DNA of 64,000 bases from an uncultured Alphaproteobacteria bacterium (GCA_963722205.1 CAVRKL010000001.1:408933-472932), one strand, 5' to 3'; shown: positions 46,159 through 57,702, numbered from the stretch's first letter. The notes: generated by a model not told the origin, from the sequence alone. Numbers and translations: made by a program.

Positions 46159-46237
46159 TGAGAACGCGCATCAGCGTTGCGCCTGCGCCTGTCGGCGCGA
46201 GGCGCAACGCTCGCCCCTGGCGCTGAGGAGAGAGCCC

Positions 46238-46687
46238 ATGACTTTCGACTTCCCGAGGATCGACGACGCGGCGGAGAGGGAGCGCATCGAGACGTCGATC
46301 GTGACTTGCGTTCGCGCTTTCTATGAGCGCGGCCTCGCCGATCCGCTGCTCGGGCCGGTTCTGGCCGGAGCCATCCCCGATCTTGAGAATCACGTCACGA
46401 CGGTCGCGAACTTCTGGTCGAAGTCGCTGCTCCACACCGAGCGCTACGACGGCCATCCCTTCGCCGCCCATACGCATTTGCCGGTCGAGCCCGAGCATTT
46501 TGCGCGCTGGCTCGAGCTCTTCAAGGAAGCCGCGCTCGAGACCCTCCCCAAGACTCAGGCTGAACAGGCGCTCGCCAAGGCGACGCATATGGCGCAGTGC
46601 TTCCTGGCGGGAATGTTTCCCTTCAAAAGCGCAGACGGGCGTCCGAGCCGCACACCGGCAGAAACACCCGTTCCCGCGGGCCATTGA
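46238..46687 (+). CDS. Group III truncated haemoglobin-like protein
   Basis: ...FYERGLADPLLGPVL...HVTTVANFWSKSLL...YDGHPFAAHTHLPV..EHFARWLELF... Confidence 0.65.
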   Translation: MTFDFPRIDDAAERERIETSIVTCVRAFYERGLADPLLGPVLAGAIPDLENHVTTVANFWSKSLLHTERYDGHPFAAHTHLPVEPEHFARWLELFKEAALETLPKTQAEQALAKATHMAQCFLAGMFPFKSADGRPSRTPAETPVPAGH

Positions 46688-46727
46688 GGTCGCGCGCGGA
46701 CGTCGGAGCGGCGCGTGGCGCGCGTAT

Positions 46728-46743
46728 TGTTCGAGAACGAACA
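46728..46743. promoter_or_regulatory. NifA UAS upstream of iscA-nifU
   Basis: TGTTCGAGAACGAACA, a perfect TGT-N10-ACA that is itself palindromic. About 94 nt upstream of the predicted TSS. Confidence 0.7.
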
Positions 46744-46803
46744 TTTTTTCGGCGCCGCTCCCGCTGTCATATCTAATCTTTTGAAATCACGAGTTTCTTT
46801 CCC

Positions 46804-46819
46804 TGGCACGCCCTATGCT
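46804..46819 (+). promoter_or_regulatory. sigma54 -24/-12 promoter of the iscA-nifUSV-cysE-nifW-fixABCX operon
   Basis: TGGCACGCCCTATGCT, 43 nt upstream of the ATG at 46862. Confidence 0.75.
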
Positions 46820-46861
46820 TGCTGCAATGCAGGAAGGGTTGTTCTCCAGGGAGACCGAAAC

Positions 46862-47182
46862 ATGATCGAGCTGACCGACAGCGCCATCGGCGCAGTGCGC
46901 ACGGCGATCGCCGGCGCCGGCAGGGACGTCGAGGGATTGAGGATCATGGTCGAGGCCGGCGGCTGCGCAGGCTTCAAATATATGATGGGCCTCGTCGACA
47001 AGACCGATCCCTCGGACCTCTTGATCGAAAAGGACGGCGTGAAGGTCTTCATCGACGAAGGCAGCGTCTCCTATCTCGACGGCGCCAAGGTCGACTTCGT
47101 GATCGGCCTCGAGGGATCGGGATTCACTTTCGACAATCCGAACGCAAAATCGAGCTGCTCTTGCGGCAAGTCCTTCGGTTGA
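46862..47182 (+). CDS. IscA/HesB-family Fe-S carrier (nif IscA)
   Basis: [16 protein letters not shown]...[14 protein letters not shown]...[14 protein letters not shown]. Confidence 0.85.
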   Translation: MIELTDSAIGAVRTAIAGAGRDVEGLRIMVEAGGCAGFKYMMGLVDKTDPSDLLIEKDGVKVFIDEGSVSYLDGAKVDFVIGLEGSGFTFDNPNAKSSCSCGKSFG

Positions 47183-47201
47183 TAGCAGCGGAGCCAGAGC
47201 G

Positions 47202-48179
47202 ATGTGGGATTATACGGACAAGGTCAAAGAATACTTCTTCAATCCGAAGAACGCCGGCGTGCTCACCGAAGCCAATGCGGTCGGCGAGGTCGGAGCCATC
47301 GCCTGCGGCGACGCGCTGAAGCTGATGCTCAGCGTCGATCCGGAGACGGAAGTCATTCTCGACGCGAGATTCCAAACCTTCGGCTGCGGATCGGCGATCG
47401 CCTCCTCCTCGGCGCTGACGGAACTCGTCATCGGCAAGACGCTCTCCGAGGCGATGAGCATCACGAACCAGGACATCGCCGATTTCCTCGGCGGCCTCCC
47501 GCCTGAGAAAATGCACTGCTCGGTGATGGGCTATGAAGCGCTGCAGGCCGCGGTCGCCAATTTCCGTGGCGAGACCTGGAGCGACGATCATGAGGAGGGC
47601 GCGCTCGTCTGCAAATGCTTCGGCGTCGACGAGGGCATGATCGAACGCGCAATCAAGATGAACAAGCTCACGAGCATCGAAGCCGTGACCGACTACACCA
47701 AGGCCGGCGGCGGCTGCTTGACCTGCTTCGACAAGCTCGAGGAGATCCTCGTGCGCGTCAACGCCGAGCTCGTGGCCGAAAGCCTCTTGCCCGAGCATGA
47801 AGCCTATCGCGTCGGCGCGGCGGATCGGCAGAAGATCAAAGAGAAGACCAAGGCCGCAAAACAGCAGCAGCCGCCCGTTCTCGTCGAAATCTCGCCGCTG
47901 GCGCCGTCCTCGCCGCTGCCGCCTTCCGCGGGCCTCACCAATCTCCAGCGGATTCGTGTGATCGAGCAGGCGATTGAAGAGATGCGGCCCTTCCTGCGCA
48001 AGGACGGCGGAGACTGCGAGCTCGTCGACGTCGACGGCTCCAATGTGCTCGTCAATCTTTCCGGCGCCTGCGTCGGCTGCCAAATGGCGGGCGTCACGAT
48101 CTCCGGCATTCAGGAACGGCTGATCGCCAAGCTCGGCACGCCGATCCGCGTCGTGCCGGTCGGCCGCACCGCGCATTGA
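47202..48179 (+). CDS. nifU: NifU (three-domain Fe-S scaffold)
   Basis: N-terminal IscU-like ...ACGDALKL...[11 protein letters not shown]...HCS.... Central CKC...GGGCLTC. C-terminal Nfu ...[11 protein letters not shown]... Confidence 0.95.
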   Translation: MWDYTDKVKEYFFNPKNAGVLTEANAVGEVGAIACGDALKLMLSVDPETEVILDARFQTFGCGSAIASSSALTELVIGKTLSEAMSITNQDIADFLGGLPPEKMHCSVMGYEALQAAVANFRGETWSDDHEEGALVCKCFGVDEGMIERAIKMNKLTSIEAVTDYTKAGGGCLTCFDKLEEILVRVNAELVAESLLPEHEAYRVGAADRQKIKEKTKAAKQQQPPVLVEISPLAPSSPLPPSAGLTNLQRIRVIEQAIEEMRPFLRKDGGDCELVDVDGSNVLVNLSGACVGCQMAGVTISGIQERLIAKLGTPIRVVPVGRTAH

Positions 48180-48189
48180 GGAGGGAGCG

Positions 48190-49392
48190 ATGAACCCCGT
48201 CTATCTCGACAACAATGCGACGACTCGCGTCGACCCGAAAGTCGTCGAAGTCATGATGCCCTTCTTCACGGAGCAGTTCGGCAATCCGTCGTCGATCCAC
48301 GCTTTCGGCGCGAGCGTCGGCGCAGCGGTCAGGACTGCGCGCGGGCAGCTTCAGCAGCTTCTTGGCGCTGCGCACGATCATGAGATCATCTACACCTCGG
48401 GCGGCACCGAGGCGAACAACACTGCCATCCTTTCCGCGCTCGAGTCCATGCCCGACCGCGAAGAGATCGTGACGAGCAAGGTCGAGCATCCGGCCGTGCT
48501 AGCGCTGTGTCAGCATCTCGAGAAGATCGGCCGCGCCAAGGTCCATTACATCGGCGTCGACTCGATGGGCCGTCTCGACATCGAGGCCTATCGCGCCGCA
48601 CTCTCCGAGAAGACGGCCGTCGTCTCGCTCATGTGGGCGAACAATGAAACCGGCACGATCTTCCCGATCGAGGGTCTCGCCGACCTCGCCAAGGAGAAGG
48701 GCGCGCTCTTCCACACCGACGCGGTGCAGGCGGTCGGCAAAACGCCGGTCTCGCTCAAGGACTCTTCGATCGACATGCTGTCGCTCTCCGGCCACAAGCT
48801 GCATGCGCCGAAGGGAATCGGCGCGCTGTATGTGAAGCGCGGCGTGCGCTTCAAGCCGCTTTTGCGCGGGGGCCATCAGGAGCGCGGTCGGCGCGCCGGA
48901 ACCGAAAACGCGCCGGCCATCATCGCGCTTGGCAAGGCCGCAGAGCTCGCTCTCACCCACATGCAAGACGAGCAGACGCGCGTAAAGGCCATGCGCGACC
49001 GGCTCGAGAAAGCGTTGTTGCAGGCGATCCCCAACTGCTTCGTCAACGGCGACATTTACGATCGTCTCCCGAACACCTGCAACATCGCGTTCGAGTATGT
49101 GGAAGGCGAAGCCATCCTGCTGCACCTCAACCGCGCGGGAATAGCGGCCTCCTCGGGCTCGGCCTGCACCTCCGGCTCGCTCGAGCCCTCGCATGTGCTG
49201 CGCGCGATGAACATCCCCTTCACCGCGGCGCATGGGTCGATCCGCTTCTCCTTCTCGCGCGACAATGTCGACGCCGATGTCGACAGCGTCGTCGAGACGT
49301 TGCCCACCATCATGGAAAAGCTCAGGCAGCTTTCGCCCTTCTGGCCGGGCGCGCAGCAGAAGCAGGCCGAGTTCAAGCCCGTCTACGCTTGA
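48190..49392 (+). CDS. nifS: NifS cysteine desulfurase
   Basis: ...[14 protein letters not shown]...[17 protein letters not shown]... Confidence 0.95.
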   Translation: MNPVYLDNNATTRVDPKVVEVMMPFFTEQFGNPSSIHAFGASVGAAVRTARGQLQQLLGAAHDHEIIYTSGGTEANNTAILSALESMPDREEIVTSKVEHPAVLALCQHLEKIGRAKVHYIGVDSMGRLDIEAYRAALSEKTAVVSLMWANNETGTIFPIEGLADLAKEKGALFHTDAVQAVGKTPVSLKDSSIDMLSLSGHKLHAPKGIGALYVKRGVRFKPLLRGGHQERGRRAGTENAPAIIALGKAAELALTHMQDEQTRVKAMRDRLEKALLQAIPNCFVNGDIYDRLPNTCNIAFEYVEGEAILLHLNRAGIAASSGSACTSGSLEPSHVLRAMNIPFTAAHGSIRFSFSRDNVDADVDSVVETLPTIMEKLRQLSPFWPGAQQKQAEFKPVYA

Positions 49393-50576
49393 GGAAAGCC
49401 GTGACTTCGGAAGCGCCCCGCATCGAGATCAACGACACGACGCTACGCGACGGCGAGCAAGCGCCCGGCGTCGCCTTCACGGCGGCGGAGAAGCTCGCCA
49501 TCGCGCGCGCGCTCGCCGAAGCCGGCGTCGACGAGATCGAGGCCGGCACGCCGGCGATGGGCGAGGAGGAGATCGACGCCATCGCCGCGATCGCCGCCGC
49601 GGGGCTTCCCTGCCGCGTCACCGCCTGGTGTCGGGCGCGCGAGGCCGACATTGACGCGGCGCTTAACACCGGCGTCACGCATGTCAATATCTCGACGCCC
49701 ATGTCCAAGCTTCAGATCGGCGTCAAGCTCGGAATCGACGTCGAAGCCGCGGCGGCGCAGGCGGCGCGCGTCGTCGCCTATGCGATCTCCAAGGGCTTGA
49801 CCGTCGCGCTCGGCGGCGAGGACTCCTCTCGCGCCGATCCGCGCGACATCGGCCGCATCGCGCGCGCTGCGGCGGGGGAAGGCGCGATGCGCTTGCGTTT
49901 CGCCGACACCCTCGGCGTGCTCGATCCTTTCGCCGTCTACGAGCAGATTCGGGGAGTTCGCGACGAGACGGGCCTGCCGATCGAATTCCACGGCCATGAC
50001 GACGTGGGTCTCGCGACCGCCAACACGCTTGCGGCGATCCGCGCCGGCGCGACGAGCGCCTCGGTCACGGTGCTGGGACTAGGCGAGCGCGCCGGCAACG
50101 CTGCGCTCGAGGAAATCGTCGTTGCGCTCGGCCATGTCGCGCCGGGAAGAACCGGCGTGGACCCGAAGCGACTGCGCGAGGTGGCCGAGCTCGTTGCGCG
50201 CGCGGCGATGCGTGACATTCCTCGCGCGAAAGCCGTCGTGGGCGAGGACGTCTTCACGCATGAATCCGGCATTCACGTCGCAGCGCTCCTGAAGGACGCC
50301 CGCGCCTATCAGGGAATCGATCCCGCGAGGCTCGGCCGGCGAGACAAGATTCTGATCGCCAAACATTCGGGAACCTCCGCCATCGCTGGCAAATGCGCCG
50401 AACTCGGAATCGACATCGATCCCGCGGCGGCAGCTAGAGTGCTGGCGCGCATTCGCGCGCGCGCGCGCCTGTGCAAGGAGCCTGTTCTCGAAAGCGAGTT
50501 CAGCCGCTTCGTTGCGCTGGCGCAGGCCGAGACCCACGGCGACGCGCCGTCGCCAAGCTTTGCGAGCTCAAGATGA
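49389..50576 (+). CDS. nifV: NifV homocitrate synthase
   Basis: ...[17 protein letters not shown]...[16 protein letters not shown].... The start is TTG at 49389 (overlapping the nifS stop) or GTG at 49401. Confidence 0.9.
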   Translation: MRKAVTSEAPRIEINDTTLRDGEQAPGVAFTAAEKLAIARALAEAGVDEIEAGTPAMGEEEIDAIAAIAAAGLPCRVTAWCRAREADIDAALNTGVTHVNISTPMSKLQIGVKLGIDVEAAAAQAARVVAYAISKGLTVALGGEDSSRADPRDIGRIARAAAGEGAMRLRFADTLGVLDPFAVYEQIRGVRDETGLPIEFHGHDDVGLATANTLAAIRAGATSASVTVLGLGERAGNAALEEIVVALGHVAPGRTGVDPKRLREVAELVARAAMRDIPRAKAVVGEDVFTHESGIHVAALLKDARAYQGIDPARLGRRDKILIAKHSGTSAIAGKCAELGIDIDPAAAARVLARIRARARLCKEPVLESEFSRFVALAQAETHGDAPSPSFASSR

Positions 50577-51316
50577 GCGCGATCGCGCTCACGCGTGGCT
50601 ATGGCGCTTCAGCGTCGGCCCTGCTCGCCAAGCTTCGCGAGGATGTGGGATGCGTCGCCAAGCGCGATCCCGCCGCGCGCACTTCGCTTGAAGTTTTGCT
50701 GCTTTACCCGGGCGTACACGCGCTCTTGTGGCACCGGCTCGCGCATCGCCTCTGGCGCGCCGGCGCCAAATTCCCGGCGCGCTTCGTCTCCTGGCTCTCG
50801 CGCTTCCTGACCAACATCGACATTCATCCGGGCGCAACAATCGGCCGGCGCTTCTTCATCGACCATGGGGCCGGCGTCGTGATCGGCGAGACCTCGCTGA
50901 TCGGCGACGATGTGACGCTCTATCATGGGGTCACGCTCGGCGGCGCCTCCTGGGCGCCCGGCAAACGCCATCCGACGATCGGCGACGGCGTGCTGATTGG
51001 CGCTGGCGCGAAGATTCTCGGGCCGATCATGGTCGGCGCCGGCGCGCGCATCGGCGCGAACTCCGTCGTCATCGAGGACGTGCCGCCGGAGATGACCGTC
51101 GTCGGCATTCCGGGCCGGATCGTGCGCGAGGAGCGCAAGCGCGCGCCCGGCGACGGCCGCATCGCGCTCGAGCATCATCTGATTCCCGATCCGGTCGCCG
51201 ATGCGATGGCGGCGCTTATCGACCGCATCGACTTCCTGGAGGCGCGCCTCGCGCATCTGCAACGAAACCTCAACGGCGCCGCTCGCGCCGAGCAGCAAAG
51301 GAGCTCCAATCCATGA
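50573..51316 (+). CDS. cysE: Serine O-acetyltransferase (nif-cluster CysE)
   Basis: ...[40 protein letters not shown]... hexapeptide repeats. ATGA overlap with nifV. Confidence 0.9.
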   Translation: MSAIALTRGYGASASALLAKLREDVGCVAKRDPAARTSLEVLLLYPGVHALLWHRLAHRLWRAGAKFPARFVSWLSRFLTNIDIHPGATIGRRFFIDHGAGVVIGETSLIGDDVTLYHGVTLGGASWAPGKRHPTIGDGVLIGAGAKILGPIMVGAGARIGANSVVIEDVPPEMTVVGIPGRIVREERKRAPGDGRIALEHHLIPDPVADAMAALIDRIDFLEARLAHLQRNLNGAARAEQQRSSNP

Positions 51317-51657
51317 GCATTCTCGACGATCTGCGAAAGCTGTCTTCGGCGGAGGAGTTCTTCGAGGCCCTCGGCGTCGAATACGATCCTGCCGTGGTGC
51401 GCGTCGCGCGTCTGCACATTCTGCGGCGGATGGGCGAATATCTCGTGGCGGCGCCGCTCGAAGACGCGCCCGAGGCGGAAGCCCTCGCGGCCTGCAAGAC
51501 CCATCTTGCCCAGGCCTACGCCGATTTCGTCGCTTCGACGCCGATCGAGCAGAGGCTCTTCAAGGTTCACAAGGATGCGGTGAAACCCAAGGCGGAGCCG
51601 GCGAAGCCCTTCGTGTCGCTCAATATGCTGATCGCGCCCGACAGCCGCCCGCTGTGA
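51313..51657 (+). CDS. nifW: NifW
   Basis: [44 protein letters not shown].... ATGA overlap with cysE. Confidence 0.85.
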   Translation: MSILDDLRKLSSAEEFFEALGVEYDPAVVRVARLHILRRMGEYLVAAPLEDAPEAEALAACKTHLAQAYADFVASTPIEQRLFKVHKDAVKPKAEPAKPFVSLNMLIAPDSRPL

Positions 51658-51691
51658 CGCGCGCCGTCGCCGCCAAAAGGAACCGTCCGTC

Positions 51692-52543
51692 ATGAAAATT
51701 CTCGTCTGCATCAAGCAAGTGCCGGACAGCGCCCAGATCCGCGTGCATCCGGTCACCAACACGATCATGCGCCAGGGCGTGCCGACGATCGTGAACCCTT
51801 ACGACCTCTTCTCGCTCGAGGAAGCGCTTCGCCTGCGCGACAAGCTCGGCGGCGAAGTGACGGTGCTCACCATGGGGCCGCCCATGGCCTCCGAGGCGCT
51901 GCGCAAGACGCTGGCGATCGGCGCGGACCGCGCCGTGCTGCTGACCGACCGCGCCTTCGCGGGCTCGGACACGCTCGCGACGACCTATGCGCTCGCCCAG
52001 GCGATCCGCAAGATCGAGGAGACCTTCGGTCCGCAAGACGTCGTCTTTGCCGGAAAGCAGACAATCGACGGCGACACGGCGCAGGTTGGGCCCGGCGTCG
52101 CGAAGCGCCTCAACCTGCTGCAGCTCACCTATGTCTCGAAGATCGTCAGCTGCGACAAGGACGCGAGAAAAGTCGTCGTCGAGCGACGCGCCGAAGGCGG
52201 CGTGCAGCTGCTCGAGACGAAAATGCCCTGCCTCATCACGATGCTCGAAGGCGTCAACGAGGTGAGGCGCGGCACGATCGACGACTCGCTGCGCGCGGCG
52301 CGCGCCGAGATCGTCACCTGGAGCGCCAAGGACGCCGGCATCGCCGAACTCGCCAAATGCGGCCTGAAGGGCTCGCCGACGATCGTCAAGAAGGTCTTCG
52401 CGCCCGCCCCGCGGACCGAGCGCGCTTTCTTCATCGAACCGCAAAAGACCGCCGGCAACTCGGCCGAAGCCGTGATCGGCGCGATTTTTGCGAGGCAGTC
52501 CTCGCTCGAGGGCGATATGGCGAAGCTCGCCGGCAGCGCCTAA
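51692..52543 (+). CDS. fixA: FixA (electron transfer flavoprotein beta subunit)
   Basis: [13 protein letters not shown]...[14 protein letters not shown]... Confidence 0.9.
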   Translation: MKILVCIKQVPDSAQIRVHPVTNTIMRQGVPTIVNPYDLFSLEEALRLRDKLGGEVTVLTMGPPMASEALRKTLAIGADRAVLLTDRAFAGSDTLATTYALAQAIRKIEETFGPQDVVFAGKQTIDGDTAQVGPGVAKRLNLLQLTYVSKIVSCDKDARKVVVERRAEGGVQLLETKMPCLITMLEGVNEVRRGTIDDSLRAARAEIVTWSAKDAGIAELAKCGLKGSPTIVKKVFAPAPRTERAFFIEPQKTAGNSAEAVIGAIFARQSSLEGDMAKLAGSA

Positions 52544-52556
52544 CGAGGAGATAGGA

Positions 52557-53660
52557 ATGTCGCAGACGCCTGCCGCCCCCCCGCAAGGGAACCGCGCCTC
52601 CGCTAAGAAGGAGCTTCCCGAGCATTTCCGCGGCTACAAGCACGTTTGGGTTTTCGTCGAGCAGGAGCGCGGAGAGGTTCATCCCGTGTCTTTCGAGCTG
52701 CTCGGCGAAGGACGCAAGCTCGCCGACAAGCTCGGCGTGGAACTCGCCAGCGTCGTGCTCGGCGCGCCCGACGCGGCGACCCAGGCGGCGGTCGCGGCGA
52801 CGCATCATTACGGCGCCGATCTCGTTTATCTCGTCGAGCACGAGACGCTGAAGGACTACCGCAACGAGCCCTATTCGAAGGCGCTGACGCAGCTCGTCAA
52901 CGCGCATAAGCCGGAAATTCTCCTGCTCGGCGCGACGACGCTCGGCCGCGATCTTGCGGGCTCCGTTGCGACGACGCTGCTTACCGGTCTCACGGCGGAT
53001 TGCACGGAGCTCGCGGTCGACGCCGATGGATCCCTTGCCGCGACGCGGCCGACATTCGGCGGCTCGCTTCTCTGCACGATCTATACGCTGAACTACCGGC
53101 CGCAGATGGCGACGGTACGCCCGCGCGTCTTTTCGATGCCAGCGCGCGACGAAAACCGTCAGGGCCGCGTCGTCCGCTTCGCGCCAGACCTCGACGAAGA
53201 GACGATCATCACGAAGATCCTGAAGTTCATTCCGGATCGCGAATCGTCGAAATCCAATCTCGCTTTCGCCGATGTCGTCGTCGCCGGCGGACTCGGATTG
53301 CAGAGTGCTGAAAACTACCAGCTCGTACGCAATCTGGCGATGACGCTTGGCGCGGAATATGGCGGCTCGCGCCCGCTGGTGCAGAAGGGCTGGATCACCT
53401 CCGATCGCCAGATCGGTCAGACCGGCAAGACGATCCGGCCCAAACTCTACATCGCCGCCGGCATCTCCGGCGCGATCCAGCACCGGGTCGGCGTCGAAGG
53501 CGCGGACATGATCCTTGCGATCAACACCGACAAGAACGCGCCGATTTTCGATTTCGCTCATGTCGGAATCGTAACAGACGCGATCCGTCTGCTGCCCGCT
53601 TTGACCGAGGCGTTCCGCAAGCGCCTCTCGCCCCACAACCGCGATCAACTCGCGGGATAG
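52557..53660 (+). CDS. fixB: FixB (electron transfer flavoprotein alpha subunit)
   Basis: ...[35 protein letters not shown]... Confidence 0.9.
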   Translation: MSQTPAAPPQGNRASAKKELPEHFRGYKHVWVFVEQERGEVHPVSFELLGEGRKLADKLGVELASVVLGAPDAATQAAVAATHHYGADLVYLVEHETLKDYRNEPYSKALTQLVNAHKPEILLLGATTLGRDLAGSVATTLLTGLTADCTELAVDADGSLAATRPTFGGSLLCTIYTLNYRPQMATVRPRVFSMPARDENRQGRVVRFAPDLDEETIITKILKFIPDRESSKSNLAFADVVVAGGLGLQSAENYQLVRNLAMTLGAEYGGSRPLVQKGWITSDRQIGQTGKTIRPKLYIAAGISGAIQHRVGVEGADMILAINTDKNAPIFDFAHVGIVTDAIRLLPALTEAFRKRLSPHNRDQLAG

Positions 53661-53673
53661 AGGAGGCATCGTC

Positions 53674-54981
53674 ATGATTGAAGAAAAATTCGATGCGATC
53701 GTCGTCGGCGCCGGAATGGCCGGCAACGCGGCGGCCTACACGCTGGCCTCGCGCGGCCTTAAGGTGCTGCAGCTCGAGCGCGGCGAATATCCCGGCTCGA
53801 AGAACGTGCAGGGCGGCATTCTCTACGCCAACATGCTGGAGAAGATCATCCCGAACTTCCGCGAGGAGGCGCCGCTCGAGCGCCATCTCGTCGAGCAGCG
53901 GTTCTGGATGATGAGCGATCGCTCGCATACGGGGCTGCAATATCGCTCGGACGACTTCAACGAAGAGAAGCCGAACCGCTACACGATCATTCGCTCGCAG
54001 TTCGATCGCTGGTTCTCGGGAGAGGCTCAGGCCAAGGGCGCAATCCTGATCAAGGAAACGACGGTCACCGAGCTCATCAGCGACGCCTATGGCAAGGTGA
54101 TCGGCGTGGCGACCGATCGTCGCGGCGGCACGATCTTCGCCGATGTTGTCGTGATCGCCGAAGGGGTGAACGCCCTTCTCGGGACGCGCGCGGGGCTGCG
54201 CGAGCCGCCCAAAGCGGAGCAAGTCGCGCTCGCGGTCAAGGAAATGCACTTCCTGCCGCGCGAGACGATCGATGCGCGCTTCAACCTGCACGGCGACGAG
54301 GGCGTCGTCATCGAGGCCGCCGGCACGGTCTCGAATGGCATGACCGGCATGGGCTTCGTCTACACCAACAAGGAGAGCGTCTCGGTCGGCTTCGGCTGCC
54401 TCGTCGCGGATTTTGCGGAGTCGACCGCGACGCCTTACGGGCTCCTGGAGAACTTCAAGAAGCATCCGTCGATCGCGCCGCTCCTCGAGGGCTCCGAGGT
54501 GAAGGAATATGCAGCGCACCTCATTCCGGAGGGCGGCTACAAGGCGGTGCCGCAGCTCTTCGGCGACGGCTGGGTCGTCGTCGGCGACGCGGCGCAGCTC
54601 AATAACGCCATCCACCGCGAGGGCTCCAATCTGGCGATGACCTCGGGCCGGATCGCCGCCGAGACGATCTTCCAGATCAAGTCGCGGCGCGAGAAACTGA
54701 CGAAGGAGAACCTCAGCGCCTACAAGAAGGCCCTCGAAGACAGCTTCGTCATGAAGGATCTCAAGAAATACAAGGACATGCCGGCGTTGCTGCACACGCA
54801 GGCCAAGAACTATTTCGTCGCCTATCCGACGCTCGTCTCGAACGCGATGGAGAATTTCCTGCGCGTCGACGGCACGCCCAAACTCGACAAGGAGAAGGCC
54901 ACGATACGCTCGTTCATCAAGGAGCGCTCTTGGTCCGGCCTCTTCGGCGACGCCTGGCGTCTCGCCCGCGCCTGGAGGTAA
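53674..54981 (+). CDS. fixC: FixC (ETF-quinone oxidoreductase-like flavoprotein)
   Basis: [20 protein letters not shown] fold, 435 aa. Confidence 0.9.
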   Translation: MIEEKFDAIVVGAGMAGNAAAYTLASRGLKVLQLERGEYPGSKNVQGGILYANMLEKIIPNFREEAPLERHLVEQRFWMMSDRSHTGLQYRSDDFNEEKPNRYTIIRSQFDRWFSGEAQAKGAILIKETTVTELISDAYGKVIGVATDRRGGTIFADVVVIAEGVNALLGTRAGLREPPKAEQVALAVKEMHFLPRETIDARFNLHGDEGVVIEAAGTVSNGMTGMGFVYTNKESVSVGFGCLVADFAESTATPYGLLENFKKHPSIAPLLEGSEVKEYAAHLIPEGGYKAVPQLFGDGWVVVGDAAQLNNAIHREGSNLAMTSGRIAAETIFQIKSRREKLTKENLSAYKKALEDSFVMKDLKKYKDMPALLHTQAKNYFVAYPTLVSNAMENFLRVDGTPKLDKEKATIRSFIKERSWSGLFGDAWRLARAWR

Positions 54982-55017
54982 CGCGAAGCGAAAGACATCT
55001 CGAAAAGGAGAAGCATC

Positions 55018-55311
55018 ATGTCGCTACAAGCCGCTCGGGTAGAGGAGAAGCTTTACCAGAACAGATATCTCGTCGACGTGGGCAAGCCGCATATCGTCAT
55101 CGAGCCGCATGAGAAGCCCTCGAAGAATCTGCTGGCGATGACGACGCTTTGTCCCGCTGGCTGCTACGTCGAAAATTCGGCGGGCCAGGTGGAGATCACG
55201 CCGGACGGCTGTCTCGAATGCGGCACCTGCCGCGTCCTGTGCGAGCCCACAGGCGACATCCGCTGGAATTATCCCCGCGGCGGCTACGGCGTGCTGTTCA
55301 AATTCGGCTGA
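55018..55311 (+). CDS. fixX: FixX ferredoxin-like protein
   Basis: ...CPAGCY...[11 protein letters not shown]...[13 protein letters not shown]. Confidence 0.9.
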   Translation: MSLQAARVEEKLYQNRYLVDVGKPHIVIEPHEKPSKNLLAMTTLCPAGCYVENSAGQVEITPDGCLECGTCRVLCEPTGDIRWNYPRGGYGVLFKFG

Positions 55312-55373
55312 CGGCGTCCCACGCCGCCCGCGAATGCGACGTAGCGCCGCAAACGACGGCAGAGGCGCATATC

Positions 55374-55389
55374 TGGCTCGCGGTTTGCT
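55374..55389 (+). promoter_or_regulatory. sigma54-type promoter candidate downstream of fixX
   Basis: TGGCTCGCGGTTTGCT (GG-N10-GC), 66 nt upstream of the ATG at 55455. I found no TGT-N10-ACA at the expected distance. Confidence 0.4.
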
Positions 55390-55454
55390 TGCTTAATGGG
55401 CGGGCGTCATCGCGCGGAAGGGCGGGCGTCCGATCCAACGAGCTGAGGAAACCC

Positions 55455-55820
55455 ATGCCGAACGTGACCTTCGAATCGCCGTTGCTGCACAAGAATCTCA
55501 CCGTTTACGCCGTCGCTGGCGACACGTCGACCGTGCTCTCTGTCGCCGAAGCCAACAAGGTGGCGATCCCCCATGATTGCCGCGACGGCGAGTGCGGCTC
55601 CTGTCTGATCGAGGTCGTGACGCTTTCCGGCAAGACCATGGGCTCTCTGCTCACCGAAAAGGAGAAGGCGCAACTGAAGGCGCTCGGCAAGATTACGGCC
55701 GAGGATATTCGCAAGGCGGAGGTCGAGGACGTGGCGCCGCGGTTCCGTCTCGCCTGCCAATATGTTGTGCGCGATCAGGACATACTGGTGAGATTCACCG
55801 GCGAGCCAGGCGGCGCCTGA
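55455..55820 (+). CDS. [2Fe-2S] ferredoxin
   Basis: ...HDCRDGECGSCLIEV...RLACQYVV... Confidence 0.75.
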   Translation: MPNVTFESPLLHKNLTVYAVAGDTSTVLSVAEANKVAIPHDCRDGECGSCLIEVVTLSGKTMGSLLTEKEKAQLKALGKITAEDIRKAEVEDVAPRFRLACQYVVRDQDILVRFTGEPGGA

Positions 55821-55835
55821 GGGAGGGCTCACGTC

Positions 55836-56315
55836 ATGGAATCCGTCGAGTTGTTTCTCGCCTATGCGATGCGCGTGGAGGAGGAAGCGGCCTTGCGCTT
55901 CGGCCAGCTCGCCGACGCAATGGAATCCTGCGGAAATCGGGAAGTCGGCCGTCTGTTTCGTCGGCTTTCCGACTATTCGCGTCTGCATCTCGCCGACGCG
56001 AGGGCTCGCTCCGGCTTTCGGGAGATCCCGAAGATAGGGGCGGACGACTTCGAATGGCCGGACCTCGAAAGCCCGGAGACGGCGGCGATCTGGGCCACCG
56101 ATCCGTTTCTCGGCCGGCGCGAGGCGCTCGACATCGCGCTCGCGGCCGAGCAGGCTGGCTACGACTACTACAAGAGGATTCTCGACGAGACGAACGATCC
56201 TGAGGTCAAAGCGCTGGCGCGAGAATTCGTCGAGGAGGAAAGCGCCCATGTCGCCGAGCTCAAGAAGTGGATCGCCGCGAATATGACCGGTGAAGTCTTT
56301 CCGGTCGAAAGTTGA
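55836..56315 (+). CDS. Ferritin-like/rubrerythrin-family di-iron protein
   Basis: Two ExxH-type helices: ...VEEEAALRF... and ...EFVEEESAHVAEL... Confidence 0.6.
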   Translation: MESVELFLAYAMRVEEEAALRFGQLADAMESCGNREVGRLFRRLSDYSRLHLADARARSGFREIPKIGADDFEWPDLESPETAAIWATDPFLGRREALDIALAAEQAGYDYYKRILDETNDPEVKALAREFVEEESAHVAELKKWIAANMTGEVFPVES

Positions 56316-56341
56316 AGCAGCATCAGGAGCAGGAAGCAGAA

Positions 56342-56932
56342 ATGACGAAGATCGAGGACACGGCTTTTGCAAGATTGGAGAAGGAAGGACGCCTGTTGAA
56401 CGCGGTCCACAAGGGGCCGACCGAGAAGGCCGGCCGCATCGGCTTTCGCGGCGAGCTCGCCTTGAAGTTCGCGCAAGCGTTCGCCGACGAAAAGCGGCCG
56501 CCGGAACTTTCCGCCGATCAAGTGATGGGGGTCGCCATAGCTGGCGAGCCGACGATCCGATTCCTCGCCGCCTATCTTCACTCCTTCGAGTCGCTGACCC
56601 TGCTCGCCGAGGTTTTGAAAGGCCTGCTCTCGCCCGACGGCAAATACATAATCTTTTGCAACAACATCGACATTCTCAGCAAATATAACGTCGAGATCGA
56701 CGGTGCGACTTTCCGTGTCCTGCCGATCGACGAGGCGACCGTCTACAACGAGCTTCTGGAGCTGCTCTATCTCGACAAGACGCAGCTCAAGCGCGCCTCG
56801 ACCGGCGGCAAGCTCGACGCTATCGCCGACGCGGCGCTGAAGTTCAACGATTCCTACGAGCTGATCGCCTATACGGAAGGCCTGAAGCTCATGGGACCCG
56901 TGCGCAATCGCAACGCGAATCGGCCGGTCTGA
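56342..56932 (+). CDS. Hypothetical protein (196 aa), no recognisable motif
   Basis: ORF-track frame from 56312. The ATG at 56342 with upstream AGGAAG is preferred. Locally lower GC. Confidence 0.5.
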   Translation: MTKIEDTAFARLEKEGRLLNAVHKGPTEKAGRIGFRGELALKFAQAFADEKRPPELSADQVMGVAIAGEPTIRFLAAYLHSFESLTLLAEVLKGLLSPDGKYIIFCNNIDILSKYNVEIDGATFRVLPIDEATVYNELLELLYLDKTQLKRASTGGKLDAIADAALKFNDSYELIAYTEGLKLMGPVRNRNANRPV

Positions 56933-56933
56933 G

Positions 56934-57695
56934 ATGGCTGCCAGGAGATGCGGCGGCAGAGGGGCGGCGCGCGGTTTCGCGCGCCGGCTCGCTTTTTTGG
57001 CGTTTTGCGTTGGCGGCGCGTCGGGCGCCGCGGGCCAGGAGTCGACGCCGCCCGCAGCGGAGATGCCGTCTTCGCACCACATGCATCACCACCCTATGGA
57101 CGGCGACGACGGCGCCTTCCATCATCGCTTCGAGGGCGCCGAGACCTGGGCGAAGGAATTCGACGCGGCCGAGCGCGACGCGTGGCAGAAGCCGCACGAA
57201 GTGCTCGAGGCGCTGAAAATCGGCAAGTCCGCGACCGTCGCCGACATCGGCGCCGGCACGGGCTATTTCGCGACGCGCATCGCGCGCCTCGCTCCGCAAG
57301 GCCGCGTCTATGCGGTCGACGTCGAGCCGGACATGACGCGCTATCTCGGCGAGCGGGCGACACGCGAAGGGCTCTCGAACCTCATCCCGGTGCTGGCGCA
57401 AGGCGACAACGCCGCTCTGCCGGAACCGGTCGATCTCGCGCTCGTCGTCGACGCGTTCCACCACATCGGTCATCGCACCGCCTATTTCACGCGGCTCAAA
57501 TCCTCGCTGAAGGACGACGGGCAACTCGCGATCATCGATTTCAAAGCGGACTCCCCGAACGAGCCGCCGCCGCAATACCGCATTCCGCCCGAGCAGGCCG
57601 TGAAGGAGCTCGCAGCCGCGGGTTTCACGCTCGTTGAGCAGCCGTCCTTCCTGCCGCGGCAATATATGCTGGTCTTCCGAAAGAGCGCGCCGTAG
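56934..57695 (+). CDS. Class I SAM-dependent methyltransferase with signal peptide and His-rich N-terminal segment
   Basis: Leader ...LAFLAFCVGGASGAAGQ. SSHHMHHHPMDGDDGAFHHRF. SAM motif I VADIGAGTGYF. ...LALVVDAFHHI... Confidence 0.7.
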   Translation: MAARRCGGRGAARGFARRLAFLAFCVGGASGAAGQESTPPAAEMPSSHHMHHHPMDGDDGAFHHRFEGAETWAKEFDAAERDAWQKPHEVLEALKIGKSATVADIGAGTGYFATRIARLAPQGRVYAVDVEPDMTRYLGERATREGLSNLIPVLAQGDNAALPEPVDLALVVDAFHHIGHRTAYFTRLKSSLKDDGQLAIIDFKADSPNEPPPQYRIPPEQAVKELAAAGFTLVEQPSFLPRQYMLVFRKSAP

Positions 57696-57702
57696 CAGGC
57701 GT

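Noticed and set aside
45967-46161. 64-aa ORF (TTG start) spanning the AT-rich intergenic region.
   Set aside because: It overlaps both Mo-box-like palindromes and the weak sigma54 candidate. It has an atypical start, no RBS and no motif. The region is better explained as regulatory DNA.
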